A stretch of DNA of 64,000 nucleotides from Octopus vulgaris (GCA_951406725.2 OX597822.1:67332001-67396000), one strand, 5' to 3'. Numbered from the stretch's first letter, positions 12,632 through 24,816 are shown. Numbers and translations: made by a program. Notes: generated from the sequence alone by a model not told the origin.

Positions 12632-13024
12632 CAAGCAGTATCGCCCGGCGTTGCTCGGGTTTGTAAGGGAAATAACTATACAGCATTTTTAGAGAGTTAT
12701 AGCCAAAAATTAGCCAAAAAATGCATTAAAAATGGAAAAAATATGATGGTAAATTTTTTTTTAAATCGTTGACTCATCGTAGACATTTTTAGAGAGTTAC
12801 TTCCCTTTAAAAAAATATGCATGAAAATGGAAAAAATGATGGTAAATTATTTTTAAAATCGTAGACTCATCGTAGACGCGCGCTAATACCCAGAAGGGCT
12901 CGATATGAATCACGACTATAAGATACCCGGTTTTGGTTAAACTGCACCGCAAAATGTGGGAGTAGTTAGGAATCTAAATCGAAGGGGACAGACACTCACA
13001 CAACTACAGTTTTATATATAAAGA
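12632..13024 (-). mobile_element. Complete 393-bp non-autonomous Helitron
   Basis: Minus strand starts TCTTTATATATAAAA and ends with hairpin CCCGAGCAACGCCGGG then CTTG (CTAG variant). Inserted between A and T without TSD. Contains an internal ~95-bp duplication. Confidence 0.85.
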
Positions 13025-13066
13025 TTATAAGGCACAAAAAGAAAATGACTCTCCCCAGACACAACA

Positions 13067-13111
<45 letters not shown>

Positions 13112-13181
13112 CACATGCATATACATATATATATCAGTTTACTTCTCTCTCTCGCTCTCTTTCTCTCTCTCTCTTTCTCTC

Positions 13182-13760
13182 TGTTCTTGATTCGACGGTC
13201 ATTCGGAATGCTCACAGCAGCCATATTCCTACCACTCTATGTCACACTGGTGAGACCCATATTGGAGTATGGGATTCAAGCCTCTTCTCCTTATCTCCTC
13301 AAAGACGTACAGCATCTCGAAAGAGTCCAGAAGCTGGCTACCCGCATGGTTCATGGTCTCAAAAATTTGTCCTACGAAGAAAGGCTGAGGACGCTCGACC
13401 TTTATTCTCTTGAAAAACGCCGCCGCCGTGGTGATCTCATTCTCGCCCACAACATCATAAGCGGAAAGTGTAACCTCTCGAAAGAGCTGTTCTTCACTCC
13501 TGCTCCAGAGCGTCGGCTGCGGGGTCATTCCGAAAAGCTCTACCTGCGACGATTTCATCTCAATCGAAGGAGAGGAGCTTTCTCCGTCCGGGTTGCGGAT
13601 CCGTGGAACAAGCTGCCAGACGAGATGGTGAAGATGCCGACGACCGCTTTGTTCAAAGCCTCCCTGGACCTCAAGTGGCCTGAACTCTTTACATGAACAC
13701 CACCCTGTACTTAACTCCATGTCCCCCTACATGGCCTTGCTATTTGCTTTTGAGCCAAAT

Positions 13761-13797
<37 letters not shown>
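13182..13797 (+). mobile_element. 5'-truncated CR1-type LINE: RT C-terminus (open to stop at 13696), 3' UTR and (TAAC)n tail
   Basis: ORF 13115..13696 reads LPLYVTLVRPILEYG..LERVQKLATRMV.GLK.LSYEERLR.LDLYSLEKRRRRGDLI..RGHSEKL..FSVRVADPWNKLP, typical of CR1 ORF2. Tail TAACTAAC at 13761-13797. Confidence 0.92.
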
Positions 13798-14287
13798 CTC
13801 TCCCTCTTTCCCTTTCTCTTTCTTTCTCCCTTTGTTTCTTTCTTTCTCTGAACGTTCAAAATCGGCTTCTGCATGTTATCAAAGGATTATAGGAAACAAT
13901 ACACACCGACGATTTCCTGAACAAAAACAGAGGTTTGCTGATTGAGGGATTCACACAGCCCATGCCATCTAATATGCTAGAAAAATTATCCGAAATCACT
14001 AAACGTGAACACGTAGATGGCCAGTTCAGCAAGAAATGATTAATCTAAACGATATAGTTATACGGAAGCCTCGGTGCGTGTATGTTTGTGTGTGTGCCTA
14101 GTCACAATTACAATAATATGTTAATAGCAGTAATTGTAACAGAGAATCTTCACCCTCTTTTCCCAGTGTTCTGCGTGCCTCATTACAATAATGACTGTTC
14201 TTTGAAAAATAGGACTTGTATGGGCACAGAGGTCCTATATTTAAATTTTAAGCATTAATATATGTAATGGTTAACAAATTATTTAGA

Positions 14288-14561
14288 CATTATTTACATT
14301 ATTTACATTTGACGGACATTTGTTCTCATCTTGTTTGTTGTTAACACAACGTTTCGGCTGATATACCCTTCTGACTTCATCAGGTGTCTTGAGGAAATTT
14401 CGAACCTGGGAATGAGAACGCAGGTTCGAAATTTCCCCAAGACACCAATGATTTCCCCAAGAAACGTTGTGTTAACAACAAACACGATGAGGACAAATAT
14501 CCGTCAAATGTAAATAATGTAAATAATGTACATAATTCCTCATCTCTTGAATATAGAACTG
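14288..14561. mobile_element. Short palindromic Penelope-derived element (inverted pseudo-LTR arms) with hammerhead-like motif
   Basis: Arms 14288-14408 and 14422-14529 are reverse complements. 12-bp flanking direct repeat AAATTATTTAGA (14276-14287 / 14562-14573). Same sequence family as the terminus of the GIY-YIG element at 36970-37090. Confidence 0.85.
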
Positions 14562-14656
14562 AAATTATTTAGAGATGTGTACTAGGAAAAAGATATAGTG
14601 ATAGAAAGAAATTATGTAAGCAGAAAAGCTATGAGAAAAAAAAAGTTTTTAAAAAA

Positions 14657-14867
14657 TTACCTTCTCGAATCATGCTGACATATAAGGACCGGTTTCCCGG
14701 GGTTAGAAACTCCTCACCCGGACAGGACGCCGGTCAGTCCATGATTAGGACTGTAGAAACGTGAAAATAAAATGTTTTGCTTCAGAACACAACGCGCCGC
14801 CCAGTCCAGGAATTGAAACCACAATCTTACGATCATGAGTCCAATACCCCAAACACTAAGCCACGCG
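14657..14867 (-). mobile_element. Degenerate or internally deleted SINE related to 21406
   Basis: Reverse complement of head CGCGTGGCTTAGTG..GTTTCAATTCCTGGAC and tail GGGAAACCGG. Confidence 0.7.
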
Positions 14868-14944
14868 GTATGAGAGATAGGGAGCAATTAGAAAGACAAA
14901 AATAAGTGAAACGGAATAATAAAGAAACGTAATATTGATCAATA

Positions 14945-15196
14945 CAGTAATTCCTCGATTATTGCGGGTGTTACATCCCAAACCCACCACGATAAGGTTA
15001 AAATCCACGATAGGTTAAAATCCGCGATAGGTGAAAATCTGCGAAGTATAAAAAGGACTGTATTTTTTTTGTTAATATTTTTATAAATTGTGTATATATA
15101 TTTTATTCTAAATGCAAAACAATACCACGGAGGAATCGACGTAAGCTTAAATAATAAATCACGATAGGTGAACAACGATATGGCAAGGGGTTACTG
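14945..15196. mobile_element. pogo/Tigger-type MITE
   Basis: TA-CAGTAATTCCTCG ... CAAGGGGTTACTG-TA imperfect TIRs with TA duplication. Subterminal AAAATCCGCGATAGGT repeats. Confidence 0.8.
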
Positions 15197-15279
15197 TAGT
15201 TCTTTTGTAGGACTGCAATAACAGTAGAAACAACCTTTTTGGAGAAAGATTGCGTTTAATAGCAGGGAGGATGAAAGCA

Positions 15280-15980
15280 AAAACAAAAAAAAAAATTGTT
15301 GAAGTCTTATGGTTATGTATGTATCTTAGTGAACGTGGAAGGAAAGAAACAGCATTGAGTGGAAGATAGTTGAAATTGCAATTTGAGTATTTGGATAAGT
15401 AATAAATAGAAAGTGGCTGTGCTTGTTAACCCGTGGACTTGAAACACAAGAACGAAAGAGTATGTTTATTGCTTAAGCAATAAGAAAGCGTAATCTGTGT
15501 TTCAATAACTCTTGTGAGAGAGTGAAATAAAATGAAATCGGAATAAACGTTACTGAATATATACAACTTATTAATAATGATAAAAGAAATAAGAAATAGA
15601 ATGAATTGAAAGAAATAATCGGAGCACTAGCAAAACACAGCAGCAACAGCTAGTGTGCAAAGGAAAACGAAAGAACAAAGAGAAAGAAAAATAGAAGAGA
15701 TTTGGCAAAGAAGGCCAATAATACGAGTCGTATTTGCTATGAGTCAAGAGTAAAGTAACTAATGTATTGATGATCTAAGACAAAGAGCTGTTACAAGATT
15801 AGCAAATGAAACTGGAGAACAAAGAACTGCACGGGGAACAAAAGATGGCATAAGAGCCGCTGAGAGAACATAAAATGAAACAGAAGTGACATAAGTATCA
15901 CGAGATAACGTAATATTGTGAATATGAGTCAAGCACGATATAGCCAGAAGGGAGATGTAATAGAGAAATAACAATTTCTG
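15280..15980 (+). mobile_element. Possible very old Dong/R4-type LINE N-terminal remnant
   Basis: Purine-rich, coding-like tract with broken frames. Resemblance by eye only. Confidence 0.3.
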
Positions 15981-16139
15981 AATCAAATACTGAATATCAT
16001 TCTTTGATTAGAATTTTTAATAAGTCAGTTTTCTGAAACAAAGCTCTGAAACATCGTATTTAAAAATTGCTGTCATGCGAAATAAAGTACAGAACCTTCA
16101 TCAACGAGGTTTCTTGAAGTAGCTTAACGTAAGCCTTTC

Positions 16140-16540
16140 AGGGATCCACGTTATATCAATTTTGTATAGTTTGCCCACACAGTCGAGTTATGTTTTGGTT
16201 AAAAGTATATGGGCAGATTCGGCATAGCATTTCTGTTAAGCAACAATTGAAGAAAGCGAAAGATAATTTACGCAAGTTAGTTTCATTGATTCAGTAAAAA
16301 GTGGAGAAACTGGGCATAGTCACCAAGCTAGTGTCAGCTGCATTCCAAAATGTAGAGCCTATCTTTGTGCGATTAGATGAGAAACTAATAATAGTTAAAT
16401 GGAAGTGATGGTGAAACAAACACGAAAGGAATATAGACAAGACCCAACAGTTTACAAGAAATCGGTTTGTCGATGGGATATGCTTTAATTTATCAATAGT
16501 AGACGAAGGAGCTGTGCTGTTTCGTACTATTTGGTTGAGA
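16140..16540 (+). mobile_element. Decayed RTE-type reverse transcriptase remnant
   Basis: Broken frames LYINFV*FA.. and EKLGIVTKLVS.. resemble the RTE RT segments (LYIAFVDF.KAFD; LGIP.KLV). Confidence 0.4.
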
Positions 16541-16595
16541 CTTCCCTGTTTATTCAAGAAATCTGTCTTACTTTTAATATCATGGGAGAAAATTA

Positions 16596-16750
16596 AGGTG
16601 AGCTGGCATAATCTTTAGAGCACTGAGAAAACTGCTTAGCAGTATTTCGTCCTTTTTTTTACGTTCTGAGATAAATTCTACCGAGGTCAACTTTGCTTTT
16701 CAGAGTCTATAAAATAAGTTGAATACTGGGGTCGATGTAACCGATTTAGC
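16596..16750 (+). mobile_element. Degenerate family S SINE
   Basis: AAGGTGAGCTGGCA..ACGTTCTGAG..CCGAGGTCAACTTTGC..CTGGGGTCGATG. Confidence 0.75.
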
Positions 16751-16925
16751 CTCACCCAATACTATCAGTGCAAATTTGGTTACCACATCTTATAACGTGT
16801 TAAATTCATATCACCATATTATTATGAACGAGTCAGCCAAGTCGATGTACTAGTTACTGGATGAAGAATAATTGGATATAGATGAAATATGGTTACAGTG
16901 CTGCAAAACAAAATGTCAATAACAA

Positions 16926-17141
16926 CTTTTACTCTTTCACTTGTTTCAGTCATTTGACTGTGGCCATGCAAGAGCACCGCCTTTAGTCGAGCAAATCGAC
17001 CCCCAGGACTTATTCTTTGTAAGCCTAGTACTTATTCTATCGGTTTCTTTTGCAGAAACGCTAAGTTACGGTGATGTAAACACACTAGCATCGGTTGTCA
17101 AGCGATTTTTGAGGGATAAACACAGACACAAAAACATATAC

Positions 17142-17202
<61 letters not shown>

Positions 17203-17376
17203 TACGACGGGCTTCTTTCAGTTACCGTCTACAAAATTCACTCACCAGGCTTTGGTCGGCCTGAGGCTATAGTAGCTATAGTAGAAGACACTTGCCCAAG
17301 GTACCACGCAGTGGGACTGAACCCAGAACCATGTGGTTGGTAAGCAAGCTACTTACCACACAGTCACTCCTACGCC
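16926..17376 (-). mobile_element. Family K SINE, full length
   Basis: Reverse complement of the 5757 element with an internal (TA)n tract. Confidence 0.9.
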
Positions 17377-17388
17377 TATATGTGTGAT

Positions 17389-17500
17389 GTTTACAGCATC
17401 TAGGTTTCCCAAGCGGTCACCCATCTAAGTACTAACTAGTCTCGACGTTGCTTAACTTCGGTGATCGGACGTGAACCGGTGCTTTCAACGTGACATAGCC
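17389..17500 (-). pseudogene. 5S rRNA pseudogene
   Basis: Minus strand GGCTATGTCACGTTGAAAGCACCGGTTCACGTCCGATCACCGAAGTTAAGCAACGTCGAGACTAGTTAGTACTTAGATGGGTGACCGCTTGGGAAACCTAGATGCTGTAAAC matches metazoan 5S. It lacks the first ~6 nt, has helix-breaking substitutions and has no T-run terminator. Confidence 0.9.
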
Positions 17501-18887
17501 AGTCCTCGACTGCATGGCGGCAACAATGGACAGTGGACAACTACTTGCAGATAGAAGAAAATAAATTAAACTGTATCAGATTCAGAGTTTTAAAAAAAAA
17601 ACGTTTTTTGTAACGCTACACGAAGCAAAAGTTAGGTTCACGATTATATTGCTATCTTAATTTCAGTGGGAACACCTCGTTACACGGAAGAGCGTTATCA
17701 CGAGGTAATAGCAAAGGAGAAAAAATCCTGACCGTTTTAGTGAAGTTTCTTTTAATCTATTTTGGCCAGAAATAAATAACCATACCCTGCGGCAACGTTT
17801 CTCAGATCGCCTTGATTTAGTTACTCAAGTTTTGATGCAGACAAAAACGTTAATAATCAAATACTTGGATAGCATGAGGTCGATGTCCTGTAACCTGCAA
17901 TGTATAAGATATTTGGATAATGTTGTCAATATTTCATATAAACTCCAATCTGCATCAAATTATATGTTGTACATATTACTGTAAACAACACTTTATATCA
18001 TGCTGTGAAATAATCTAACTGTTGATTAAAAAAAAACTGTGAAATAGTATAAAATACAGAGATTACTGGAAATCGAAACTCTATCGGATTATGAATAAAT
18101 GCGGCAATATCATATTATGAAACAGGATACTACATTACTGCATACTGCGATCAGTATCATGATATGAAATACAAATATTTCTGAATATTACAACGTATAT
18201 ATTTCTATAAAATGAAAACATGATTTTTCATTGCAGCCTGTCGTATATTACTTAACATAAAATGTTATATGAAAATAAAGCTTAACCATATTGTATAATG
18301 CTGTTTTCTTGCTCTATCTCTCATTCCTAAGTTTCATTCAGTATCTGCCTGCCTTTCTTTTATCTCACACTTTCTCTCTTACATGTTCTTCTTCTCTCTC
18401 GATCAATCCAGCTTTTTCCAATGTCCGATATCTCTTGCGTTTACAATATCCAAACAAAAGAAAAGGCTTAGATACAAATACTCTATACTCTGGCGTACTA
18501 TCATAGGGAATTGCAGATATTGACATAAACTACAATGTTTTCAGGCTGCATATTATTTTCCACGTTTGTACATAAATTAGCGATTATCAATGTAGGATTG
18601 ACGATTTCTTCATTACCGTGTAATACCATAAATATTTTCATTATTATATTAATTGGCGTATAAAATATACATGGAAAATGAAGGCCTCATTAAAGTGATA
18701 TGAAAAGGTCTTTACAAAATGTCATTGAAGGCCTTCATTTTCTAGTACCGTCCACTCAAGAATATCTATCTATCTATTGATAAGACAAGAGGGGAAATAG
18801 AACTTAATACAGGAGTATATAGTTTTTCTCTATTTAATCGATAGTAAGTTGCAAAAATTCAAGTCTCAGGAGACGAAAGTGTCGAGT

Positions 18888-18914
18888 ATATACATACATA
18901 CATACATACATACA

Positions 18915-18986
<72 letters not shown>

Positions 18987-19005
18987 TGCCTGTGTGTGTG
19001 TGTGT
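18888..19005. repeat. (CATA)n/(GT)n microsatellite
   Basis: Directly visible. Confidence 0.95.
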
Positions 19006-19014
19006 TTCATAATA

Positions 19015-19190
19015 TAACTACGTGAGGATCGTTGGCGATTTTTTCCTCCGCCTTCCTTTTCTCTTGGACTTTGCTCTGTTTCCTGTTTCTGAAGAAGAGC
19101 TTTGCTCGAAACGTAAACCTACCCTGAGCGTCTGTTAATAATTTGCATGTACCACGCTCTCACGTTTTTTACTTGTGTTTTGGATAAATT
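19015..19190 (+). mobile_element. Penelope-like pseudo-LTR fragment with minimal hammerhead motif (19085-19118)
   Basis: GTTT-CTGAAGA-A-GAGC-TTT-GCTC-GAAACGTA-AAC. Stem I is short and imperfect. Confidence 0.6.
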
Positions 19191-19419
19191 ATATACATAA
19201 ATATAGATAGATACATATATACCCACATATATGTATGCATACATATGCATATATATATGTGTATTCATCAGGCAAAATAATAGACGATTTTACGCTGTAC
19301 AGGCAGCAAAATTCCACCAGAATAAAACTAAATTTTAAAAAACAGGGAACTGAAAATACAAGAATTATCCCATACGTTCTAATAGAAACACCGGAAACAG
19401 CAACCATTCAATAAAAGCG

Positions 19420-20373
19420 TGGTGTGCTGGAGGTGACAATATGTCCAGATTAGATCGATCCTGTCCATGCAGACATGACACATAGAGCGTCAGCCCCGGA
19501 CGTGTCATTTGACGTTGAGTATGTCGATGAATTCAACCGTCTGAACGATGCCCAACACGCAGTAATCCAGTTGCTACTTCAAATCCAGAAAACTATAAGT
19601 CCGTGTGTTGCTTTTGGTCATATAGTTTGACCGACTTGCTCTGTCATGCAGGTTATCAACTGTAATTTCCTCATCAGTTAGTATGTGCACCTGATATCGC
19701 AGTTGAGCCACATTTCTCATACTGCACTGTGCCACTGGAGCTTCCCACCATCATCCGCGAACGATGTGCTGAATTGTTGTAGATGATGTTTCAACCATAC
19801 TGCTGGAGTTCGAACATTTTGAAGACGTTTGGTGGTCAAGAAATACATATTTCATTGGAAACCTTCAAATCGTTCCTTATCCTGAACACGATGGTAACAG
19901 TGATGCACAAGAAACCAACGTTTGATGCTTCATAGTTGTAACTAGTGCCACAATCCATTTCTAGTATCAGATATGTATTGCTATATTCATGGTGTCAGAA
20001 ATACTTTTCTATACTTTGCTCTATTTTGCTATGTTCATGCTGTCAGATCTGTTTTTCTATGTTTTGCTCTGTTTTGCTATGTTCATGATGTCAGATAAGT
20101 TTTGCTATGTTTTGCTATGTTCATGGTGTCAGATATGGTTTTCTCTATTTTGCTATGTTCATGCTGTCACATCTGTTTTTCTATGTTTTGCTCTGTCTAG
20201 CTATGTTCATGGTGTCAGATACGTTTTGTTATGTTTTGCTACGATTATGTTGTCCATATCTTTATAAATGTAAACGAGAAATGATAAAGTTCAAACTTGG
20301 AGCATGCTGACATTAGGTGAAGTTGTTTTCCATTTATGACCAGCTAAAATTAGATCTACCCCGTACACCCTGC
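19420..20373 (-). mobile_element. Decayed Tc1/mariner-like remnant with internal minisatellite
   Basis: TIR-like CAGGGTGTACGGGGTAGAT on the minus strand near 20372. Broken minus frames at 19430-19840 resemble the transposase HTH region. Confidence 0.45.
19965..20245. repeat. Minisatellite of 38/48-bp units built on a 10-bp TTTTGCTATG subunit
   Basis: TGTCA(G/C)A anchors at 19993, 20041, 20089, 20127, 20165 and 20213 (spacings 48, 48, 38, 38, 48). Confidence 0.9.
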
Positions 20374-20961
20374 AGTCGTTTGTAATAACTCTTAGAAGTA
20401 ATCCGTTAATTCTTCAATCTGTATTACATGATATTATGTAAATCTGATGATTACATGTCTATTGTTGGAGATTTTCTCTTTTCAAATATCTAAATTACCA
20501 GCATTCAGTTTTAAGCAAATCAGAATGCATCTAATTTGCCATTCCCTTCTTGTATTTATCAGCTGTGCATTGATATCTTCCATTGAAGTTGGAATACTCG
20601 CTGGTGCCTATTCTAAAGATTTATGCTACATCTTACGAATCACCACTATATTAAATAACTAATAGTGGTTTTCCTGTATTAAATAATTGTAATTTCTCCC
20701 AGGTATAGTGATTTTAATGCTTGACGCTGAAATTCGATCAACCGAAATGTAGGGATATGAAAGGATATAAAATGTTATTTACAAATTCCGCCATTTCAAT
20801 GCCTCTTTAAATTTTGTGAAATATCAGATTCCTATTTATCTTGTTTGATGAGGTAAATTAAATGTGTCCGATTCAATGACCACACATGCTAATGTTAACT
20901 TGTATATGTCTCCACTTCCTAAAGTTTTCCATAAAACAGAATCTTAATACAGCTTTCCATA

Positions 20962-21129
20962 GGCACAGGCGTGGCTGTTTGGTAAGAAGCTTGCTCCCCA
21001 ACCACATGGTCCCGGGTTCAGTTCCACAGCACTGCATGGCACCTTGGGCATGTGACTTCTACAATAGCATTGGACCGTCCGAAGCCTTGTGAGTGGATTT
21101 GGTAGATGGAAATTGAAAGAAGCCACCTG

Positions 21130-21160
<31 letters not shown>

Positions 21161-21382
21161 ATGTAGGGGTGTGTGTGTGTCTGTGTGTCTGTGTTTGTTC
21201 CCCCAACCATCGCTTGACAACTGACGTTGGTGTATTTACGTCCCCGTAACTTAGCAGTGCAGCAAAAGAGTCTGATTGAATAGGCTCTAGGCTGACGAAG
21301 AATAAGTCCTAGTGTCCATTTGTTCGACTAAAGGCGGTGCTCCAGTTTGGCCGCAGTAAAATTACTGAAACAAGTAAATAAA
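20962..21382 (+). mobile_element. Family K SINE
   Basis: Colinear with 5757, with an internal TA/TG tract. Confidence 0.88.
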
Positions 21383-21405
21383 TATGATAAGTATATCAAG
21401 TTGAA

Positions 21406-21667
21406 ATAAAATATATAAATGCGCCCTTTTAAAGCCTAGCCAGGTTCATGGGCCCGGTTTCCCGGTTTCTATGGTGTATGTGTTCCCCAGCTGGACGTGA
21501 CGCCAGGCCATCGCAGCGTTACTCATTTTTGCCAGCTGAGTGGACTGGACCAACGTGAAATGAAGTGTTTTGCTTAAGAACATAACGCGTCGCCCGGTCC
21601 AGGAATCGAAACCACAATCTTACGCTCATGGTGCTGACACCCTAACCACTAAGTCACGCGCCTCCAC
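21406..21667 (-). mobile_element. tRNA-derived SINE, core B + tail 2
   Basis: 14-bp TSD TATATCAAGTTGAA (21392-21405 / 21668-21681). Core is shared with 6566 and tail with 9251. Confidence 0.9.
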
Positions 21668-23374
21668 TATATCAAGTTGAACCTATCTATAAATAATGGA
21701 CATATGCTACAACTCTTCTACACGACTTTATTACACATTCCCCTGGGAAAGTGTTAACAAGTGAAATAAAATATGCTTTCTAGTTATGTAGTGTGACCGT
21801 GGTAGTACTGTTATTGTTATACTAAATATACGCAAACTCATACGACTGTATGGCCAAAACCTATTTTATTGCGATTCTCATAAAATGAACGTAATACAAC
21901 ACAGTTAATCAGTGAAACACTAATCTATTTACAAAGGTGCCTAAACTTTAAACCATGTTCAGAGACGTATCTACAGCTATGTAGCTAGGCAGCAGTATAA
22001 TGCCTTTTGGGGCTGCATATACAGTATAATGCCAAGGATGAGATAAGAGCTGGTCCATTCTGAAATCTGCGTAGTTGTAAATGGTTACACTGAAGTTATA
22101 TTCCATGAGCATCAAAAATATAATAACAATATGGCGGAAGTGGATATGTATTCACTCTCCGACATTTGATAGATAAAGACTTCTACATTTCTTAAGTTTA
22201 ACTTCGCACATAATATTTATCTTCAAGAATCATTTCCATAGATTTGTGAAGATAGGAATATGAAAGACAAAATAAGAAATAAGAAATGTCTTCGGGATCA
22301 TCACATATTTAATTCATATTCGTCTGAAATCCACTGAGACGCTTCCAAATGATCTAATTTCTGTAGTTTATATTCCATGCGATTATTAAATGATTCCACC
22401 ATAAACGTTATAATGGCTTCGCATCAAAATTGTAGAGTTTGCCGTGGTATATACACCGTAGGTTCCTTATCTAAGCATAGCTTATTTCGTCCAAAAAGTG
22501 AAAAGCGAATTAACGTAATTCTAAACTTCTGTTTTATCGATACCAGAATGGATGGGAAACACAATTGGGCTGGCTGCGTAGGATTTGAACTCCGAGCGCA
22601 GAGCATCACTGGAAATCTACATGGAAATGTCTGCATTCTTGTGATATTATCGAGTCACGGCTTTAGAATTTTAGCCAAAATTTTCCTCCTCCTCCTCCTT
22701 CTTCTTCTTCTTCTTCGTCGCCTTTCAATGTTTCACTTGATTCTGAATTGCATAACACTCCGTCCTGATACATTTCTGATGCGTATCAGATTTCATTTTC
22801 AATCTATGAAAATTGATTGCTAACCCCTCGCTTAACTTTTCTCCATATCTTGAGAAAAGGGGCATGTAAGTGACGACGCCCACAATGCTTCTCACAGCAA
22901 AACATTATACATGTTGTTACAGCAGCAGCAGCAGCAGCAATAGTAGTGATAGTAGTAGTAGCAGCTGTTGTTCTTGCTGTTGTTGATGGTGGTGGTGGTG
23001 GTGGTACTGGTTTTGGTGGTGGTATGTAGGTGGTGGGGCTTCTAAGCGTCTTACATTACATTTAAAACTGAAAACCCTGTGGCCGAAATATTAAGATTCT
23101 GATACTGAAAATAATAAATAATATTGCTATAGAAAATATGTTATTGTCAAATGGACACTTTTGTTATCATGATATACGTGCTTTTACGCTGATGTACAAG
23201 TTAACAATGTAACATTAGATATATATTGCTATTGAGCTATATATGATTATTTCTATTATCATTAATGTTTCCATTGTTAATGGTATTATTGTTGTTGTTG
23301 TTGTCGTTGTTGTTGCTATTGTTGGTGTTGTTATTGCTACTGCTATTGTTGTCATTGTTCTTGTTGTTGTTAAG

Positions 23375-24620
23375 CAACAAGACAGGTAAGGGTGATTAGG
23401 TAATGGTCTAGGGCATAGGGGCAGGAGACCCCAGACCTTGGGAAAAAAACTTTGGTCGTGTTGTTGTAATCGAGGGATCTTCGTTGACGCCCGACACCAC
23501 TGAGAGGTGGCCCTCGAAGTCGCTGGAAATGGAGATCTCCAGGTCCAAATTCTTGAACGGCTGTCATTGTTCTTGTAAGAGTGTCGGACAAAATATTTTG
23601 CTGCAATTCATTTGGAAACTTAACGTTTTAATTTCAAATCCTACCGAAGTCAACTTGCATGTCATCCATCTGGGGTTGATAAGAGAAAATAACATTCAAA
23701 TAACATTCAAATAACATTCACCCTCCACTCAAAATTGCTAGCCCTATTCCTAAATTAGGGACCCTGGAACCTGGGATGTCGTGAGGCGCTCATAGTCTTC
23801 TACCAGTCAAGAAATGCGGTCGGTAGAGGCTCTACATTAGCAATATATACAGACTTCGTTTAGGATAAGAGTGAAGAGTGGTCGGAGAAACGTTGGGCAT
23901 CGAAGAGGGCGAACTAACCTATCTGTTTCGGAAGAATTGAGAGCTGGAAACTAACACGGATCAGTCCTAAATTGCCAGTGTTACCGAGTAGGAAGTGGAC
24001 ATTGCTGGTTTCAGGTAAGATCTAGAGGCACGGAGGTGCCGCTGGGTTGAAGGGAGCGCAGAGCGAGTAAGCCGTGATACAATCACTTGTGAAGTATCCG
24101 AGCACTTTTGCTATGTTGATTTATTTCGGAATGTCGTTGTTACGATACCACCTACCTTGGGACAGGTGGCAACCACCTCTCTAAAACCTATCGCAAGAGG
24201 TTGTGTGGTGGATGAAGCTAAAAGGATCGAGGAAAGAAAACTTACTAGGCAAGCCTTCATCGGCTTTTATAACTTTCATTTGGAAAGGTGAGTGAACGTG
24301 GAGAGGGAAATGCTCTTTTCCGGTGAATTTGTAAAAACGAGTGACCGCAGCAAAAATATATAGGATAAATATATCCATTTTACGCATGCGCCTGTAGTGT
24401 GGAGACCAACATTATAAGAGGGCTCGAAATTTTGGTGGTTAGAAAGATTCTGGATCAGTAGGGTACTTTTTCTGGCCCTAGTTGGAAGTTATCCTGAATC
24501 AGGAGGACTGTATTATTTATGCGTTCCCATATTTTGTATACCATATATGCTTTTATCTTATTTCACCCCTCTTTCCCTTTCTATCCCCTTATATTTATGG
24601 AAGGCCCCACACATAACTGT
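23375..24620 (-). mobile_element. GC-richer decayed retroelement, possibly Penelope-like, interrupted by a family S relic (~23600-23760)
   Basis: Coding-like composition and a partial hammerhead-like CCGATGAAGGCTTGCCT at 24247-24263 (minus). No clean motif. Confidence 0.3.
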
Positions 24621-24745
24621 AAATGTTACCGTCTTCTCTGGTCTCCATAGTTAATAAAGAAATCATTAACATCATCATCGTTCCCATCATCATCATCGTA
24701 ATTTTCGTCGTCGTTGTCGTCGTTATTATTATTATTATTATTATC

Positions 24746-24816
<71 letters not shown>

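Noticed and set aside
13229-13720. 163-aa minus-strand ORF
   Set aside because: It is the antisense shadow of the CR1 reading frame.
17389-17500. Functional 5S rRNA gene
   Set aside because: 5' end missing, helix-breaking changes, no terminator and not in an array.
22377-22823. 148-aa ORF as a possible host exon
   Set aside because: It contains a SINE relic and a (CTT)n tract, with no recognisable domain or convincing splice context.
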